This document shows positions 61,420 to 64,000 of a DNA stretch of 64,000 bases, piece after piece. Both the position numbers and the translations under genes were made by a program. Location: positions 3,100,001 to 3,164,000 of the forward strand of contig CM106585.1 of the NCBI GenBank assembly GCA_048013815.1, given 5' to 3'. The notes beneath the pieces were generated by a model that made no database searches, was not told the DNA's origin, and was given only the letters and a program-made list of their open reading frames with translations. This stretch comes from Setoptus koraiensis (taxonomy: Eukaryota; Animalia; Arthropoda). Each line of letters begins with the position of its first letter. The first letter of the stretch is position 1.

Positions 61420-61840
61420 TTCCACCAGGCTATATTATTAACACAGGTGATACTATGCCTAGTCGTTTTGTGTATCGGCTGAAGTCCAAGGTGAATCGTT
61501 TTGAAGCCTCTGATGACACTTTGTCAACTAAAGGGGAGAGCAGTGCTTCAAGGGCAAACTTTACAGCTTCTTTAGTCTAGTATTTACGTTGGTATGATGG
61601 ATCTAGCACGTATGCCGGTAGAAGCAGATCCAGATCCAACGATTCGAACCGTTTGATGAACGTTGATTTCAGGTATTTTTTCATCAACACTGAATCGAAA
61701 ATGTTCAGCGATAAACCGTATATAATTATATTGTGAAAGAAGTCCGATACAGAGCACTTGTTGCTCTCGACTTCTGCGATAGTTGTGGCGAGTGGCTCGC
61801 ACACTATAGGAAATGGGCTAGCATTGACTCTAGGTTATAT
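61420..61840 (-). pseudogene. hAT-like transposase fragment
   Basis: EPLATTIAEVESNKCSVSD..KRF..LLPAYVLDPSY. Confidence 0.5.
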
Positions 61841-61841
61841 A

Positions 61842-63584
61842 AAGGGTGTTTCAATCAAAGAGGTGATGGAGTACTGTCGAGGCTACGGCTGCCTTCCACA
61901 GTGCTTTTTTAGCGCTTAATTTTAATTAAGTAGCTATTGGGGTGGTTCTGGCAGATACGATTATTCACGTGGGTAGAACAAATCAGTGCTTTTTCCAACT
62001 AGGAAAAAATAGCACGGTGAAAGCTGTACTGTGAGAAATAAACTAGATAAATTTAGAACACTCAAAGCTTACAATGTTGATTAGTTAAATTTAGCACATA
62101 GAATGCTATGCGCGCGAAAACTAACTAGACACGATTAGCACGCTCAAAGCTGAGATGCTAACTAGATGAATTTAGCACAGCAGAAGGCTAGCTGTATACA
62201 ACTCGGATTTAGTGCACTGGAAGCTAGAGGCGTTAGAACTAGAAGATTGTAGTACAGCAGAAACTGCTCAACCATTCAAGGTATCTAAACGTTAACAATG
62301 TTAACTCTATGGGAATTCGACTTTGTTAATTTTGACAAAATTTTTTTTGTTCTCTGTGTTAAAGTATCTAAACGTTAACAATATTAACCCTATGGGAATC
62401 TGACTTTGACGATTTTGACGAATTTTGATTTTTTCTCTGTGTTAAAGTATCTAAACGTTACCAATGTTAACCCTATGGGAATCTGACTTTGTTAATTTTG
62501 ACAAATTTTTTTTTGTTCTCTGTGTTAAAGTATCTAAACGTTAACAATGTTAACTCTATGGGAATTTGACTTTGTTAATTTTGACAAAATTTTTTTTGTT
62601 CTCTGTGTTAAAGTATCTAAACGTTAGCAATGTTAACTCTATGGAGATTTGACAGAGTTCGATGGTCACAATCCGAAGTTCGGTGGTTACAATTCGAAGT
62701 TCGATGGTCACATTTCGAACTTCGAAATTCGAAATTGAAAAATTCGAATTTCCGATACTAGTTTCAGGTGCTTGTACAGAGTTCGATGGTCACAATTCGA
62801 AGTTCGGTGGTCACATTTCGAACTTCGAAATTCGAAATTGAAAATTCGAATTTCTGATGACAGTTCCATCTGTACGTTCGATGTTCTGTGGTCAGTGTTC
62901 GATGGTCAATGTTCGATGGTCACATTTTGAAGTTCGGTGGTTAACAGGTGAAATAGCACACAACACACATAGTGCGCCATTGCGTCTTGGTGTATGTATT
63001 GAAATTATTAATTGTGGCGAAACTAACCGATAGAAGTGCACCAATTTTTGCATGCAGGCAGCTGACATGTACATCTAACTATGGTGAAAATTTGAGAAAC
63101 CTGGATCTAGTTTGTGATACTCTTTAGATGGTATGAAACGACCAAACGATCAATTTGTATAGCATACCGCACACGAGCATCTCAGCTGTACCACTATGTG
63201 GTATAGCTGAGATCTCTTGTACTCTTGGCTACCAAGTATGCATCAATTCATCGATTGCGAGCGCTAATAGGTTGTCATAAACTCCTTTGAATCCTTCAAC
63301 AATACTTTTCCACACGAAAAATTAAGCGCTCGAAATACTGATTTGATCAGTATTACTTGTTTTCGATATTTGTCGATGCACTCTGGAAGTTACAGTGTGC
63401 AGAGAGAGACTGTGTGCAGCGCGAAATTGATAATTGTGCCAAGCGAATGGAACTTTTCTTGACCTCAACACAGTCTATTTGATTTGTTGTGCTGAATTTC
63501 ATTTGATCACCACTTCGAAAAGAATATGTGCTAGCGAGCAGCACAGTGTGTTTTCTCGATTCGCGCTTTGATTGAAACACCCTT
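61842..63584. mobile_element. Tc1/mariner-type MITE (~290 bp of own sequence) with TA TSD, split by a HINE
   Basis: TA|AAGGGTGTTTCAATCAAAG ... CTTTGATTGAAACACCCTT|TA. Confidence 0.75.
61911..63360 (+). mobile_element. Complete HINE (1.45 kb)
   Basis: TTTTTT|AGCGCTTAATTTT...AAAATTAAGCGCTCGAAATACTGATTTGATCAGTATTACTTGT|TTT. Confidence 0.9.
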
Positions 63585-63598
63585 TATATTGCTTTATT

Positions 63599-63946
63599 AG
63601 CGCTTAATTTTAATTAAGTTGCTGTTGGGGTGGTGATTATGACTACGTTTGTTCACGTGACAGAACAAATCAGTGCTTTTCTCCTTCTAGAAAAAATTAG
63701 CTCAGCGGAGGCGTTGGTGAGCATTTTGTAGGCTTCATTGTTGTGAATCTATCTAGTTTGTTAGTGCAGAGAAAGCTAGGAGGCGGAGTCATTAGGAAAA
63801 GGTCTGTGTTTTGTAAAGGTTTTGTAAAACCGGAACCGTAAGTTTCCGCACTTCCGGACCACTTTCCCCAATGGTTTTGGGTCAAGATGAACCCGTACCG
63901 GAAGTTTCATCAAAATCGGGGCGGGGCACTATTCTCTACAACAACC
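63599..63946. mobile_element. HINE 5' fragment fused to a Merlin MITE right end
   Basis: Sub-TIR at 63599; GGGGCACTATTCTCTACAACAACC ending at 63946. Confidence 0.7.
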
Positions 63947-64000
63947 GAAGATACTTGAGAATACTTGAGAATATTACCGTCTGGGGCAAGACGAAAGGAT

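Noticed and set aside
60404-63946. Second long Merlin composite
   Set aside because: Left flank ATACTTGT resembles ATACTTGA on the right only with a 4-nt offset, and the split HINE does not resume.

Overview
Eukaryotic invertebrate DNA, probably arthropod and possibly a mite (inference from gene content and ~105-113 bp introns), with two 500-N gaps (13612-14111, 57701-58200). Host genes lie in the first ~19.5 kb: a spliced FSTL4/5-like gene, the 3' end of a DEF8-like gene, a Slit-type cystine-knot exon and a small secreted-peptide ORF. From ~9.4 kb, and almost entirely from ~20 kb, the window is a nested transposon pile-up. It holds a Merlin (IS1595-like) family with one intact transposase and MITEs with 8-bp TSDs, a Helentron/HINE (DINE-1-like) family carrying satellite arrays, Spy-type MITEs inserted at AAA|TTT, a Tc1/mariner-type MITE, MULE and hAT fragments, and decayed Ty3/gypsy and Ty1/copia elements. 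Highlights: (1) a 13.9-kb Merlin-bounded unit with matched TIRs and a perfect TSD enclosing the intact transposase; (2) env-like ORFs in frame with pol in both a gypsy and a copia element; (3) a gypsy/copia junction at the integrase catalytic-E motif; (4) TE-embedded RING-chromodomain and RING-ZnF-ubiquitin-like ORFs. All family and domain calls are by eye; no searches were run.
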